From Deltaproteobacteria bacterium (lineage in GTDB: Bacteria; SAR324; NAC60-12), in NCBI GenBank assembly GCA_011522845.1, contig WTIF01000164.1:1-35869 (forward strand): 35,869 nucleotides of DNA. The letters are read 5' to 3'. A model generated the notes under the pieces. That model had not been told where the DNA came from and did not search any database. It saw only the letters and a program-made list of their open reading frames with translations. The position numbers were made by a program, and so were the translations under genes. This document shows positions 1 to 9,327 of this stretch, piece after piece (position 1 is the first letter of the stretch; each line of letters starts with the position of its first letter).

Positions 1-267
1 GTCCTCAACCGCGCACTAGACCCCCTCTTTGCGGTGGCTGATATGCTGGTGATGCCTTCGGCTCCAGATCATGCACCCCGAGACCGCAACACTACCGGAG
101 ATCCCGTCTTCAACGGAATCTGGACCCTCTGCGGTACCCCCTCGTTGACCCTTCCTCTCTTTCAGGCGGAAAACGGCATGCCAATCGGGATGCAGTTGGT
201 TGCTCCTCGTGGAGCCGATGCTCGGCTACTGCGTGTCGCCCAATGGCTCTGGGAGCAACAGAGTTGA
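1..267 (+). CDS. Amidase signature family protein, C-terminal part (5' truncated by window edge)
   Basis: Frame is open from base 1 (VLNRALDPLFAVADMLVMPSAP...). FNGIWTLCGTPSLTLP and NGMPIGMQLVAPRGADARLL are the typical amidase/GatA-like C-terminus. Confidence 0.85.
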   Translation, partial: VLNRALDPLFAVADMLVMPSAPDHAPRDRNTTGDPVFNGIWTLCGTPSLTLPLFQAENGMPIGMQLVAPRGADARLLRVAQWLWEQQS

Positions 268-359
268 GTTTGCGCAGGGATTTCAGGCGGGTGTAGTAAT
301 CAAAGCAGTGAGACCGTTTACTTTGAGTACGCTAAGATGCAGGGAAAGTTTCAGAAAAT

Positions 360-896
360 TCAGTTGGCAGTGAGCGCTTTGCGTGCTCCAGCGTGAAGCA
401 TGTTGTTGGCGATGACTTCTTCAGTAGGCTTGGCTTCGGGCAGGGATTCCAGGCTTTCCAGCACACCATGAGCAACAACTGCTACCAGATCCTCTGGAAA
501 ATCAGGCTGAACAACAAACTCCAAGTCCCCAAACTCGTAGATCGTTTTCAGGTCAACCTTGTTCTTGCCCTGGAATTGATCGGAGGCGTTGCGCATCATC
601 TCAACGTTGGTCTTGCTGAGCAACGCAAACTGGAATTGGTTGGTACGTAGCAGGTTGTAAGCCCGCTCCAAATTGATAGCCCGGGCTGGCCGAGCTTTGG
701 ACTCTGGAACGGACCTATTGAGAGCTTCCACAAGCTTCTTGGAGTAGGGATAACTTTGTAGGTCATCCCTAGAACGAAAGACCAGCAGATGCTTTTGACG
801 ATATACTTGGTATTGCCCCCAAGGCGAGTGGGCTAGTGCCAATACGGGACATAGCGCCAGTAGGATCAGGATCAGTAATCTGCGTGATAGCATCAT
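360..896 (-). CDS. Hypothetical exported protein, possibly a short solute-binding (TAXI/PBP2-like) protein, downstream of formamidase
   Basis: N-terminal signal-like segment (MMLSRRLLILILLALCPVLALA-H). NLERAYNLLRTNQFQFALL and FVVQPDFPEDLVAVVA resemble TAXI-type binding-protein motifs. Lies 45 nt after the formamidase stop. Confidence 0.55.
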   Translation of the reverse strand: MMLSRRLLILILLALCPVLALAHSPWGQYQVYRQKHLLVFRSRDDLQSYPYSKKLVEALNRSVPESKARPARAINLERAYNLLRTNQFQFALLSKTNVEMMRNASDQFQGKNKVDLKTIYEFGDLEFVVQPDFPEDLVAVVAHGVLESLESLPEAKPTEEVIANNMLHAGARKALTAN

Positions 897-941
897 GAAT
901 CCAGAGTTTTCCAGTTCACATTGGGGGAGAACGTCCGCAAC

Positions 942-2204
942 TCAGTAGTGCCGGAACTTGTCGAAGACATCGAGATTGAGCGTGGCCGTCACTACGTAGT
1001 TGGGAATGTCCACCACTTGGCCAACTCTCAGGTCAACAGCTACAGAACTCAGAATGTAGGCCTGCTCCCGAGTCAAACCATGTTCATCCGTCAGGTAATC
1101 AATCATCTGCATGAGTGCATGCCGGGCAGCAATTGATAGATCTTCGTTCAAGTTGGCCAGATTCTCAATCTTGGTGCCAGTCAGGTACTGGTGGGTCGGT
1201 GGCACTTCACCCACACCCTTCAGTGGGATACCCACAGTTTGGTAGTACCGTGTTGGCTCCATGTCGATAATCTGATCATTACCTTTGGTAGCCGGCATGG
1301 AGAGATCTTTTGCTTTGCCCGGGTGGATCTTAACGACTCGCAGGGTGGTCACCGAACCCATCTCAATGGCTGTTCCCGAGACCTCGCCATCTCCCTGTGC
1401 ATAGTGGACGTCTCCAACGAAGAGACCACAGCCGTCAATGAAGCAGGGAAATAGCATTCGTGTACCGATTTGTTGCTGCTGAACATCCATGTTTCCACCA
1501 TTTTCTCTTGGTGGAATGGTGCGTAGACAACGAGACTCTTCTGTACCCCCTTCACCACAGAGATCTGCAGGTAAAGCACCGGGGCCAGACGGAGTCAAAA
1601 CTGCTCCCCCAGCTCCTGCCAGATTAGCTTCCCGCTCCAAGATCTTATCAATCTCTGGGTTACCCGGCATGACACCAATCGACCCAGGAAATGCTTCATA
1701 GGGTACCGTCACACCAGGCATTTCCGGTGAAACTGCTCCATTTCGAGTTAGACGCCAGTTGACAATGTAGGGCTCCGTGTAGACATCCCGCAGAAATCCG
1801 AAACCTGGTGCGATGACCGTGTAGCCATATTCATCAGGAGCAATATCCACAATCTCTACCTCAATTGCATCCCCTCGCTTGGCTCCATTGATGTGAACTG
1901 GACCAGTCATTGGATGCACGAGACCCAAGTCTACAGTGGCTAAATCATCAGGAGTTGAATCTAGTCGAAACTCGGTATCTAAGGCATCTCGAGTGTGGTA
2001 GATAATCATGTCACCCACGTTAGCATCTGCCTTGGATGGAATATCCGGGTGGTAGCGGTTGAAACAGTTGGGATCATCTGCACAGTGCATCCCTCTTTTA
2101 GTAAGCTCGACCTTGGTCATCCACCGTTGGTCAGTAGTGTCGGCGAATGCCTGGAAACCAGCCATAGATAGTGCGCTGGCTAGCATCAACACGATTTTCT
2201 TCAT
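942..2204 (-). CDS. Acetamidase/formamidase family protein (FmdA/AmdA) with N-terminal signal peptide
   Basis: Motifs NRYHPDIP, HPMTGPVHINGA..GD, PPRENGGNMD, GDVHYAQGDGEVSGTAIE and AYILSSVAVDLRV. SD-like GAGGA upstream. Signal MKKIVLMLASALSMAGFQAFA. Confidence 0.92.
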   Translation of the reverse strand: MKKIVLMLASALSMAGFQAFADTTDQRWMTKVELTKRGMHCADDPNCFNRYHPDIPSKADANVGDMIIYHTRDALDTEFRLDSTPDDLATVDLGLVHPMTGPVHINGAKRGDAIEVEIVDIAPDEYGYTVIAPGFGFLRDVYTEPYIVNWRLTRNGAVSPEMPGVTVPYEAFPGSIGVMPGNPEIDKILEREANLAGAGGAVLTPSGPGALPADLCGEGGTEESRCLRTIPPRENGGNMDVQQQQIGTRMLFPCFIDGCGLFVGDVHYAQGDGEVSGTAIEMGSVTTLRVVKIHPGKAKDLSMPATKGNDQIIDMEPTRYYQTVGIPLKGVGEVPPTHQYLTGTKIENLANLNEDLSIAARHALMQMIDYLTDEHGLTREQAYILSSVAVDLRVGQVVDIPNYVVTATLNLDVFDKFRHY

Positions 2205-2459
2205 ATATTCCTCTGGGAAGTGATTAGAGCTCCAGATACTTCGCCAAATTGTAAAGTATTTATAGAGCAGTCCAATTGCGAATCATTTCATTGCGAACGA
2301 AGGTTCATTAGAGCAAGAAGAAACTCTGGATGTCCTTGCCGACTTCACAGCCAGAGTATGCCAAGGATTTACAGAGTTTATAAGCGGATCATTAAAGCAC
2401 TTTATTCAGGAAAATGAATGCTTTTGTAAAGCGCAAAATCCACTCATACACCACAAATT

Positions 2460-2489
2460 AATCTAGTTTGGCTTTGCTCTGGGTGTCAA
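2460..2489 (-). promoter_or_regulatory. Putative sigma70 promoter for the formamidase operon
   Basis: Minus strand reads TTGACA (2489-2484), 18 nt, TAGATT (2465-2460). Confidence 0.35.
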
Positions 2490-2597
2490 GCAAATCCTTG
2501 TTGAGAGATAGTTTCCACTGCTCCAGCTATCAAGCATTCTACGATCAAACTTATTTATACCTGGAAAGTTGGAGAGAGGTTTAGCCACGGAACATTT

Positions 2598-4607
2598 TCA
2601 GACTGCTTCGATTCGTAGCAATTGAGCCACCTGTCGCATTTTTTCCGGTGGACCAATCAGAAACAGTTCGTCATCTGCTTGAAGGATTGTTTCGCCTGAC
2701 AAATCCAGCAGCATTTTCCCCTGTCGGCGAAGAGCCACCAAGCTCACTCCATGCTCTGCACGAAGATGAATTTTCTGTAGCGACTGGCCGGTCCAGGAGC
2801 AGGCAGCATCCAGCAGCAAGGTCGTTACTTGAATTTCTGGATGAAGGTTGGGTTCCTGGGAAACCTCAGTGGTTTCAGGAAGAGCTTCCTGACGCAATAG
2901 GTCATAATTCCCAGAGCGCATTTCCTCGACAAGATGATCGATCTCTGGACGAGGTACGAGGTACTGCGTCAATACTCGATCAAAGATTTCCAGTGCCGTT
3001 TCAAATTCTTCAGGAACAACCTCATTGGCGCCCAGGCGGCGTAGTTCTTCCACCTCGCGCACATAACGTGTTCGAGCAATCAGGTAAACACTAGGATTAA
3101 GTTCTCTGACTGCTGAGACGATCCGTCGAGTTGCCGTTGCTTCTGCGATCACCACCACAACCGTTCTTGCCTGCCGAATTCCTACACGGTTCAACACCGC
3201 TTTCTGGGTAGCATCACCATAGACCAATGGCTCACCCAGGGCCTGCTCACTACGAACCGTATCGGGGTTAGTTTCCAATACCACGTAGGGTACCTGTGCT
3301 CGTTTGGCGGCTCGAGCCACGTTGCGCCCATTGATTCCATAACCAACAATCACTAGGTGATCCTGCAGATCATAGCGAGAAGAACGAATCTGTAGACGTA
3401 GGCCCTTGTAAAGCCCAGCTCGCAAACGTCGAGGCCAGGGTAGATGTAGCAGGGATTGCGTCAACTGAGGGGCTCCAGCAATCAGGAAAGAGGTGAGCAT
3501 CATCGTTAGGACGATCACAGTCAGGAAGAGTTGTTCGTTGTCCGGACTCAACAACTGGAAGCGGCTACCCGTTGTGTTGAGCACAAAGGCAAATTCACCC
3601 ACCTGACACAAACTAAATCCTGCAATCCAAGCTGTGCGAAGCGGCATTCCCAGTACAATCGCTACCCCCAAAAGTATGAACAACTTGAAGACTAAGACAG
3701 CCAGCAAGACAGCCAGCACCAGCCCAAGATGTTCCCAGAGATAACCAATATCCAGCAGCATGCCGGCGGAAACAAAGAAAATGCTGGTGAAAATCTCCCG
3801 GAACGGCAACACGTGCTCAAAGGCTTCGTGGCTGTACTCGGACTCTGAAATCACCAAACCCGCCAAAAAGGCACCCAGCGCCAAGGAAATACCGACCTGT
3901 GAGAATCCCCAGGCTACTGCAAAGCAGATGCTGACAATGCTCAATAGAAACAATTCCGGACTACGGGTACTGACCACCCGGTGCAACATCCAGGGGAGAA
4001 CATACTGAGATCCCAGCCAGATGAATAACGGTAAACCAAGGCCAATCAATACCAGGCGAAACACATCAAGGCTCGATGTATCGAGAACTTCTCCTCCCAA
4101 CATCGGGGTCACCAGAATCATCAGCACCGCCGCAATATCTTGAAAAATGAGGACTCCCAAGGCTAGGCGCCCCTGCATTGTCTCCATCTCTCCGCGTTCC
4201 TGGTAAAGCTTGAGCACAATAGCGGTGCTAGACAACGATAACAGCATCCCAAGAAACCAAGCCTGTGTGGTTGCCCATCCCAGCAGGTAGTGCGTCACAG
4301 CAAAGGTTCCCAACATCGTCAGGCCGACTTGTAGGGTTCCACCGACCAGGACGAGTGTGCGAATCTGCCAGAGCTTCTTCAGGGAGAACTCAATTCCGAT
4401 TGAGAAAAGCAGCAGGATGACACCAATCTCTGCCATCACTTCGACCAGATGCACCTCGTGAATCAGCCCGAAGCTTCTGGGGCCAACCAGCATCCCAGTA
4501 ACCAGCAAACCGACCAGAATCGGTAAATTCACCTGTCGGCAGCCATAGATTACCACCACCGACAGACTGAAAATGATTACAAGATCTCGCAACAGAGGAA
4601 TTTCCAT
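2598..4607 (-). CDS. CPA2-family (Kef-like) cation:proton antiporter with TrkA-N and TrkA-C domains
   Basis: AEIGVILLLFSIGIEFS, LSSTAIV, GVLIFQDI, GAFLAG, QVGEFAFV, then RCK-N (IVGYGINGR) and C-terminal RCK-C. Likely ATG at 4607 (MEIPLL) rather than 4643. Confidence 0.93.
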   Translation of the reverse strand: MEIPLLRDLVIIFSLSVVVIYGCRQVNLPILVGLLVTGMLVGPRSFGLIHEVHLVEVMAEIGVILLLFSIGIEFSLKKLWQIRTLVLVGGTLQVGLTMLGTFAVTHYLLGWATTQAWFLGMLLSLSSTAIVLKLYQERGEMETMQGRLALGVLIFQDIAAVLMILVTPMLGGEVLDTSSLDVFRLVLIGLGLPLFIWLGSQYVLPWMLHRVVSTRSPELFLLSIVSICFAVAWGFSQVGISLALGAFLAGLVISESEYSHEAFEHVLPFREIFTSIFFVSAGMLLDIGYLWEHLGLVLAVLLAVLVFKLFILLGVAIVLGMPLRTAWIAGFSLCQVGEFAFVLNTTGSRFQLLSPDNEQLFLTVIVLTMMLTSFLIAGAPQLTQSLLHLPWPRRLRAGLYKGLRLQIRSSRYDLQDHLVIVGYGINGRNVARAAKRAQVPYVVLETNPDTVRSEQALGEPLVYGDATQKAVLNRVGIRQARTVVVVIAEATATRRIVSAVRELNPSVYLIARTRYVREVEELRRLGANEVVPEEFETALEIFDRVLTQYLVPRPEIDHLVEEMRSGNYDLLRQEALPETTEVSQEPNLHPEIQVTTLLLDAACSWTGQSLQKIHLRAEHGVSLVALRRQGKMLLDLSGETILQADDELFLIGPPEKMRQVAQLLRIEAV

Positions 4608-4696
4608 CCCGAAATAGCCAAAAATGTTGGAAAGGAGAAACAAGAAACTCTTGCTCAGAGCCTCTTGTGATGCCTAGAAAGCGTGAACGGACTGCG

Positions 4697-6019
4697 CTAT
4701 GGCAGCATAGACTTTGGCTTGTGAGCCTTTGCTCGCTGCAGCAATTGTTGAGTTTGCTGAGAAGCCTGTTCCAGCAAGGAGGATTGATCTAGGGTTTGCA
4801 GGACATGATCTTCAAGCAGGATCTGCCCATTGACCATGACCGTGCAGACATCTGAAGCCTGAGCAGAGTAGACAAGCAACGCAATTGGATCATGGCGTGG
4901 AGCGAGATGCGGCTGGGATGTGTTGATCATGATCAGGTCGGCCTGCTTGCCAACTTCCAGTGATCCGATCTGGTGACCTAATCCCAAGGCCTGAGCACCG
5001 CGAATCGTAGCCATTCTTAGGACCTCTGAAGCAGGGAGAGCCTGAGCATCGTGATTTTTCCACTTCTGGAGCAAGGCTGCCAAGTGCATTTCCTCAAACA
5101 GGTTGAGATTGTTGTTGCTGGCAGCTCCATCCGTTCCTAAGCAAACGTTCACTCCCTGATGCAAAAGAGACTGGATGGGCGCAATGCCATTGGCGAGCTT
5201 GAGGTTACTGCTCGGATTGTGGGCGATGCTCACCTTTCCTTCCCGTAACAAGTACTGATCCTGCTCATCAACATAGATTCCATGAGCCGCTACTACGGGA
5301 ACCTCAAAGCAATCAAGATCAGCCAATAATTGCACAGGGGTTTTGCCATGCTGCTGTCGACAGTTCTCCACCTCTTGCTCTGTTTCACAGAGATGCGTGT
5401 GCCATCCACATTGTAGCCGCAAGGATTCCTGCAGAATTTCACGCAAGTAACCCGGACTGCAGAGATAGATTGAGTGAGGGGCCATTGCAACACGGATCCG
5501 GCCTTCTGCTTGGCCATCCCAGTGTTGATGCAGTTCAACCGCATCACGGAGCATTTGTTCGCCCTGACCAGCATTATCAAACAATGTTTCACAGAGGCAG
5601 GCTCTTATACCAGCAGCTTCCACCTCTTCAGCAACCTGATCCAGATGGAAATACATGTCATGAAAACAGGTTGTTCCGCCTCTGATCAATTCTGCTAGAC
5701 CTAAACGGGCACCGATTCGTACGTCCTCTAGAATCAGGTGGTCCTCCAGCGGCTTGATCCGTTCCATCAACCAGGGCCAGAAGTCCAGATCGTCCGCATA
5801 GTTGCGCATCAGCGTCATCGACAAATGCGTGTGGCTATTGACTAACCCGGGTAGCACGATACAGTCCTGTCCTTCAAGAATTCGGTCCGGCACAAAGTCT
5901 TCTGGGATTTCACCAATCGCAGCGATTTTATCATCAACAATCGCTAGGTCGGCCTGTTCCAAGACCTCGTCTTTCTCGTTGACGGTGACCAGGGTGGTTT
6001 GTCGTATCAGTAGCTTCAT
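4697..6019 (-). CDS. mtaD: Amidohydrolase, 5'-methylthioadenosine/S-adenosylhomocysteine deaminase (MtaD/DadD-like)
   Basis: PGLVNSHTH (HxH), GTTCFHDMYF, APHSIY, HTHLCET, HNPSSNLKLANG and LGTDGAASNNNL. Adjacent to the SAH hydrolase gene. Confidence 0.85.
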   Translation of the reverse strand: MKLLIRQTTLVTVNEKDEVLEQADLAIVDDKIAAIGEIPEDFVPDRILEGQDCIVLPGLVNSHTHLSMTLMRNYADDLDFWPWLMERIKPLEDHLILEDVRIGARLGLAELIRGGTTCFHDMYFHLDQVAEEVEAAGIRACLCETLFDNAGQGEQMLRDAVELHQHWDGQAEGRIRVAMAPHSIYLCSPGYLREILQESLRLQCGWHTHLCETEQEVENCRQQHGKTPVQLLADLDCFEVPVVAAHGIYVDEQDQYLLREGKVSIAHNPSSNLKLANGIAPIQSLLHQGVNVCLGTDGAASNNNLNLFEEMHLAALLQKWKNHDAQALPASEVLRMATIRGAQALGLGHQIGSLEVGKQADLIMINTSQPHLAPRHDPIALLVYSAQASDVCTVMVNGQILLEDHVLQTLDQSSLLEQASQQTQQLLQRAKAHKPKSMLP

Positions 6020-6026
6020 GAATTGC

Positions 6027-7277
6027 TCAGACTTGCCAGTTTGCCAGATAATCCTGCTGCTCTTGGGTCAGCGTATCAATCGAAACTCCTGCTGCTTTTA
6101 GTTTCAAACGGGCCACCTGCTCATCAATCTCTGTGGGCACCGGATGACAATCTACGACCAGCCTATTCCCCTGCTGCACCACATAGCGTGCGGAAAGAGC
6201 CTGCAGGGCAAAGCTGGTGTCCATGATTTCCGCTGGGTGACCATCTCCACAAGCAATATTGACGATGTTGCCACCTCCCAGCAGATTCAGCCAATTCCCG
6301 TTGGAGAGATGGAATCCTTCAATGTTAGCGCGTAACTCTCGACGCTCTGTCGACATTTCCGCCAAGCTCTCCACATCAATTTCTTCCCAGAAATGACCAG
6401 CATTGGCCAGCAGGACGTTGTTCTTCAACAAGGGGAAGTGTTCCCTGCGCAAGGCGTGACGCCCTCCGGTAACGGTTAATACGACATCAGCAATTGGACA
6501 GGCCTCTCTGAGTGGTAAGACTCGACAGCCATTCATCATGGCATCGGCTGCCTTGATCGGATCAACCTCACAAACCACTACGTTTGCACCCAGTCCTTGT
6601 GCCCGCAGTGCACACCCTTTCCCACACCAGCCGTAACCGATGATCACCACTGTTTTACCAGCCAATACCAGGTTGGTGGAGCGCATCACTGCATCCCAAG
6701 CCGACTGCCCCGTGCCGTGTACGTTATCGAAGAGATACTTACAACGTGCATCATTGACCAGCATCACTGGGAAATGTAGTTGTCCAGCTCCGGCACGGGC
6801 TCTGGCACGGAGTACTCCAGAAGTTGTTTCTTCGCAAGCTCCAAGCATCTGTTCTCCGTGTTGCCGCTGCGACTCATGGAGTAGCTCGACTAGATCTCCT
6901 CCGTCGTCAATTACTACATGCGGTTGTAGCTCCAGCGCAATGCTCATGTACCGGCGCATCTCCTCCGGACTAGCACCATGACGAGCATAGACATGCAGTC
7001 CCTCTGCAGCGAGTGCGGCCACCACATCGTCCTTGGTCGATTCAGGATTACTACCTGTCACGGAAACCGTTGCCCCACCGGCTCGAAGTACCAGTGCCAG
7101 GTAGGCGGTCTTGGCTTCCAGATGAATACAAACCGTCACCCGCTTGCCCGCGAAAGGACGTTCCTGAGCAAATTGATCCTCCAACTGACTCAGGATCGGC
7201 ATGTTGCGTCGTACCCACTCAATCTTTTGATGACCCTGACTGGCCAATTCTGGCGAAGAGATGATGTTGGACTGCAT
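6027..7277 (-). CDS. ahcY: Adenosylhomocysteinase family (short, archaeal/Thermotoga-like SAHH/SIHH)
   Basis: HLEAKTA, DDGGDL, EETTSG, KYLFDNVHGTGQS, GYGWCGKG, NAGHF and GHPAEIMDTSF. At 416 aa it lacks the ~40-aa insert of typical proteobacterial AhcY. Confidence 0.93.
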   Translation of the reverse strand: MQSNIISSPELASQGHQKIEWVRRNMPILSQLEDQFAQERPFAGKRVTVCIHLEAKTAYLALVLRAGGATVSVTGSNPESTKDDVVAALAAEGLHVYARHGASPEEMRRYMSIALELQPHVVIDDGGDLVELLHESQRQHGEQMLGACEETTSGVLRARARAGAGQLHFPVMLVNDARCKYLFDNVHGTGQSAWDAVMRSTNLVLAGKTVVIIGYGWCGKGCALRAQGLGANVVVCEVDPIKAADAMMNGCRVLPLREACPIADVVLTVTGGRHALRREHFPLLKNNVLLANAGHFWEEIDVESLAEMSTERRELRANIEGFHLSNGNWLNLLGGGNIVNIACGDGHPAEIMDTSFALQALSARYVVQQGNRLVVDCHPVPTEIDEQVARLKLKAAGVSIDTLTQEQQDYLANWQV

Positions 7278-7451
7278 AATGATTTTTAGTATATTTATTC
7301 AATCAGAAATATGGGTAGTATTTTGCCTTTTCCAAAGCCTGCAAAATGTTGAATGATTCCAGTTTGTGACTTGTCTTTTCAGTGCTTCCTTTACATATTC
7401 GTGCCGTTTTGCACATTTTTGTTCGCTATCCAATCCCAGGTAGAGCCTCGC

Positions 7452-8909
7452 ATGCCCAACTTCATTTCACTGGTCGATTTACTACCACTGATTCCGGAAC
7501 TGATCCTATTTCTGACCTTGGTGGTCGCGATGTTGGCAGATCTCTTTGTTCCGTCCAACCGCCGCAACGACGTACTCGTCAGCGTTTCACTGGGGGGCAT
7601 TGTGCTGACCATGCTTGCTGAGTTGCAGTTGTATGGCGCCGGTTACACAGGTTTCTACGGCACCGTGGTAGCAGATAACTACTCGATCTTGCTGGAATTG
7701 GTGTACCTGCTAATCGGACTGATGACCATCCTGCTCTCGCGGCACTACATCACCGAAAACGAGATGAACTTCGGTGAGTATTATATCCTATTGTTGAGTG
7801 CGTTGATTGGGATGATGCTGATGTCTTCGAGTCTCGAGTTGTTAGTGATCTTCATCGGGCTCGAAATCATGTCGATTTCCAGCTACATCCTGGTTGGCAT
7901 GAAACGCAAGGTGCCTGAATCAGGTGAGGCTGCACTAAAGTACCTATTGTTGGGCGCTTTCTCCACTGGATTTCTACTATACGGCATCTCGCTGCTCTAT
8001 GGCGCAACCGGAAGTACCTATCTTCCGGACATGCTGCAGCAACTACGCCTGGGGGCTGTGGAGACTCCGCTGGCTCTTGCAGGTATTGCACTGCTGACTA
8101 TCGGCCTGAGTTTCAAGGTGGCGATCGTTCCTTTCCACATGTGGACACCGGATGTCTACAGTGGCGCACCAACACCAGTCACCGGGTTTATGTCTGCAGC
8201 TGCTAAAGCCGCAGGGTTTGCAATCATGATCCGAATTTTGCTGGTTGGAATTCCCTTGGAGCAAGTTGAGGGCTGGGAAACCATCCTTGGTTGGCTTGCC
8301 ATGCTCACGATGACCATCGGCAATCTGGTTGCCTTGCAGCAACAAAACGTGAAACGCATGCTGGCTTATTCTTCTATTGCACATGCCGGGTACATGATGG
8401 TAGCCATTGCTGTAGGCACAACTGCTGCGATTGGTAGTGTTCTCTTTTACGCGCTGGCTTATGCAGTGGTCAGCACTGGTGCTTTCGGTATTCTGGCTAT
8501 TCGCAATCGTGGACGGATTCTGGAGACTTACGAAGATCTGCACGGCTATGCGCGAACCAATCCGATGCTTGCACTGGGCATGAGCTTGATGATGCTCTCG
8601 CTGATCGGCTTGCCTCTGACGGGTGGCTTTGTTGGCAAACTACGGATCTTCGGTGCTGCCTTGGAAGCCGATTGGATTCTACTGACAGTCGTTGCGGTTC
8701 TCAACAGTGCACTTTCAGTTTACTATTACCTGAGAGTCATCGCCTGCATGTATCTGAAGGCAGGCGAAGAAACCTCTGCAGTTGTAGAAACTCCACCACG
8801 ACTGGCTTCTTTCGGAGTCGGTTTGACCGTCTTCGCTACGCTGTACTTGGGGATCTTCCCTGATGACTTTCTCCTACTCATCAACGAGTCCGTGAGGTCT
8901 CTGCTCTGA
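7452..8909 (+). CDS. nuoN: NADH-quinone oxidoreductase subunit N
   Basis: Many TM helices. [84 protein letters not shown]. Likely start ATG 7452. Confidence 0.93.
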   Translation: MPNFISLVDLLPLIPELILFLTLVVAMLADLFVPSNRRNDVLVSVSLGGIVLTMLAELQLYGAGYTGFYGTVVADNYSILLELVYLLIGLMTILLSRHYITENEMNFGEYYILLLSALIGMMLMSSSLELLVIFIGLEIMSISSYILVGMKRKVPESGEAALKYLLLGAFSTGFLLYGISLLYGATGSTYLPDMLQQLRLGAVETPLALAGIALLTIGLSFKVAIVPFHMWTPDVYSGAPTPVTGFMSAAAKAAGFAIMIRILLVGIPLEQVEGWETILGWLAMLTMTIGNLVALQQQNVKRMLAYSSIAHAGYMMVAIAVGTTAAIGSVLFYALAYAVVSTGAFGILAIRNRGRILETYEDLHGYARTNPMLALGMSLMMLSLIGLPLTGGFVGKLRIFGAALEADWILLTVVAVLNSALSVYYYLRVIACMYLKAGEETSAVVETPPRLASFGVGLTVFATLYLGIFPDDFLLLINESVRSLL

Positions 8910-8916
8910 GGTGTCT

Positions 8917-9327
8917 ATGCCAATCAGAGGTCGATATCTTGCATACGGTGCCCATCAACCCAAGGGATTTAGCCTGATTGAGGTGATGATCGTTGTTGCG
9001 ATCATCGGCATTCTTGCAACCCTGGCTTATCCCAGCCTGGAAGGCTATCTGCAACGAGCCAAGCAAAGCGAAGTCAAGACCAATTTAGCAGCAATCCATA
9101 CGGCAGAAAAACTCTATCATGCCAGTAATGGAAGCTACACCGATGACTTCGCAGCTCTTGGAGTCGGCATTGCAGACGATGCCATTTATAGCTACGGCAT
9201 CACGGCCACCGCCAGTACCTTCACCGCCACGGCAACTGCCAACCTGGATGACGATGCAACTGAAGACACCTGGACCATCAACCAAGACAAGCAATTGGTA
9301 CAAACCACAGACGACCTCGCTGACTAA
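8917..9327 (+). CDS. Type IV pilin-like protein (class III signal peptide)
   Basis: KG|[22 protein letters not shown] prepilin cleavage/methylation motif with E5. [11 protein letters not shown] is typical of PilA/PilE-like pilins. SD GAGGT overlaps the nuoN stop. Confidence 0.92.
   Translation: MPIRGRYLAYGAHQPKGFSLIEVMIVVAIIGILATLAYPSLEGYLQRAKQSEVKTNLAAIHTAEKLYHASNGSYTDDFAALGVGIADDAIYSYGITATASTFTATATANLDDDATEDTWTINQDKQLVQTTDDLAD

Noticed and set aside
2330-2365. Sigma54 promoter for formamidase (TTGGCAT... on the minus strand)
   Set aside because: The GG to GC spacing is 9 nt rather than the required 10.
9119-9247. N-terminal extension of the lipoprotein ORF given by the track
   Set aside because: It overlaps the pilin deeply in another frame, and the lipobox position implies a later start.
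8917-9327. Electrically conductive (Geobacter-type) e-pilin, suggested by its position next to nuoN
   Set aside because: The mature pilin is ~119 aa with about 10 F/Y/W residues and lacks aromatics at positions 24 and 32. No multiheme cytochrome genes are in the window.
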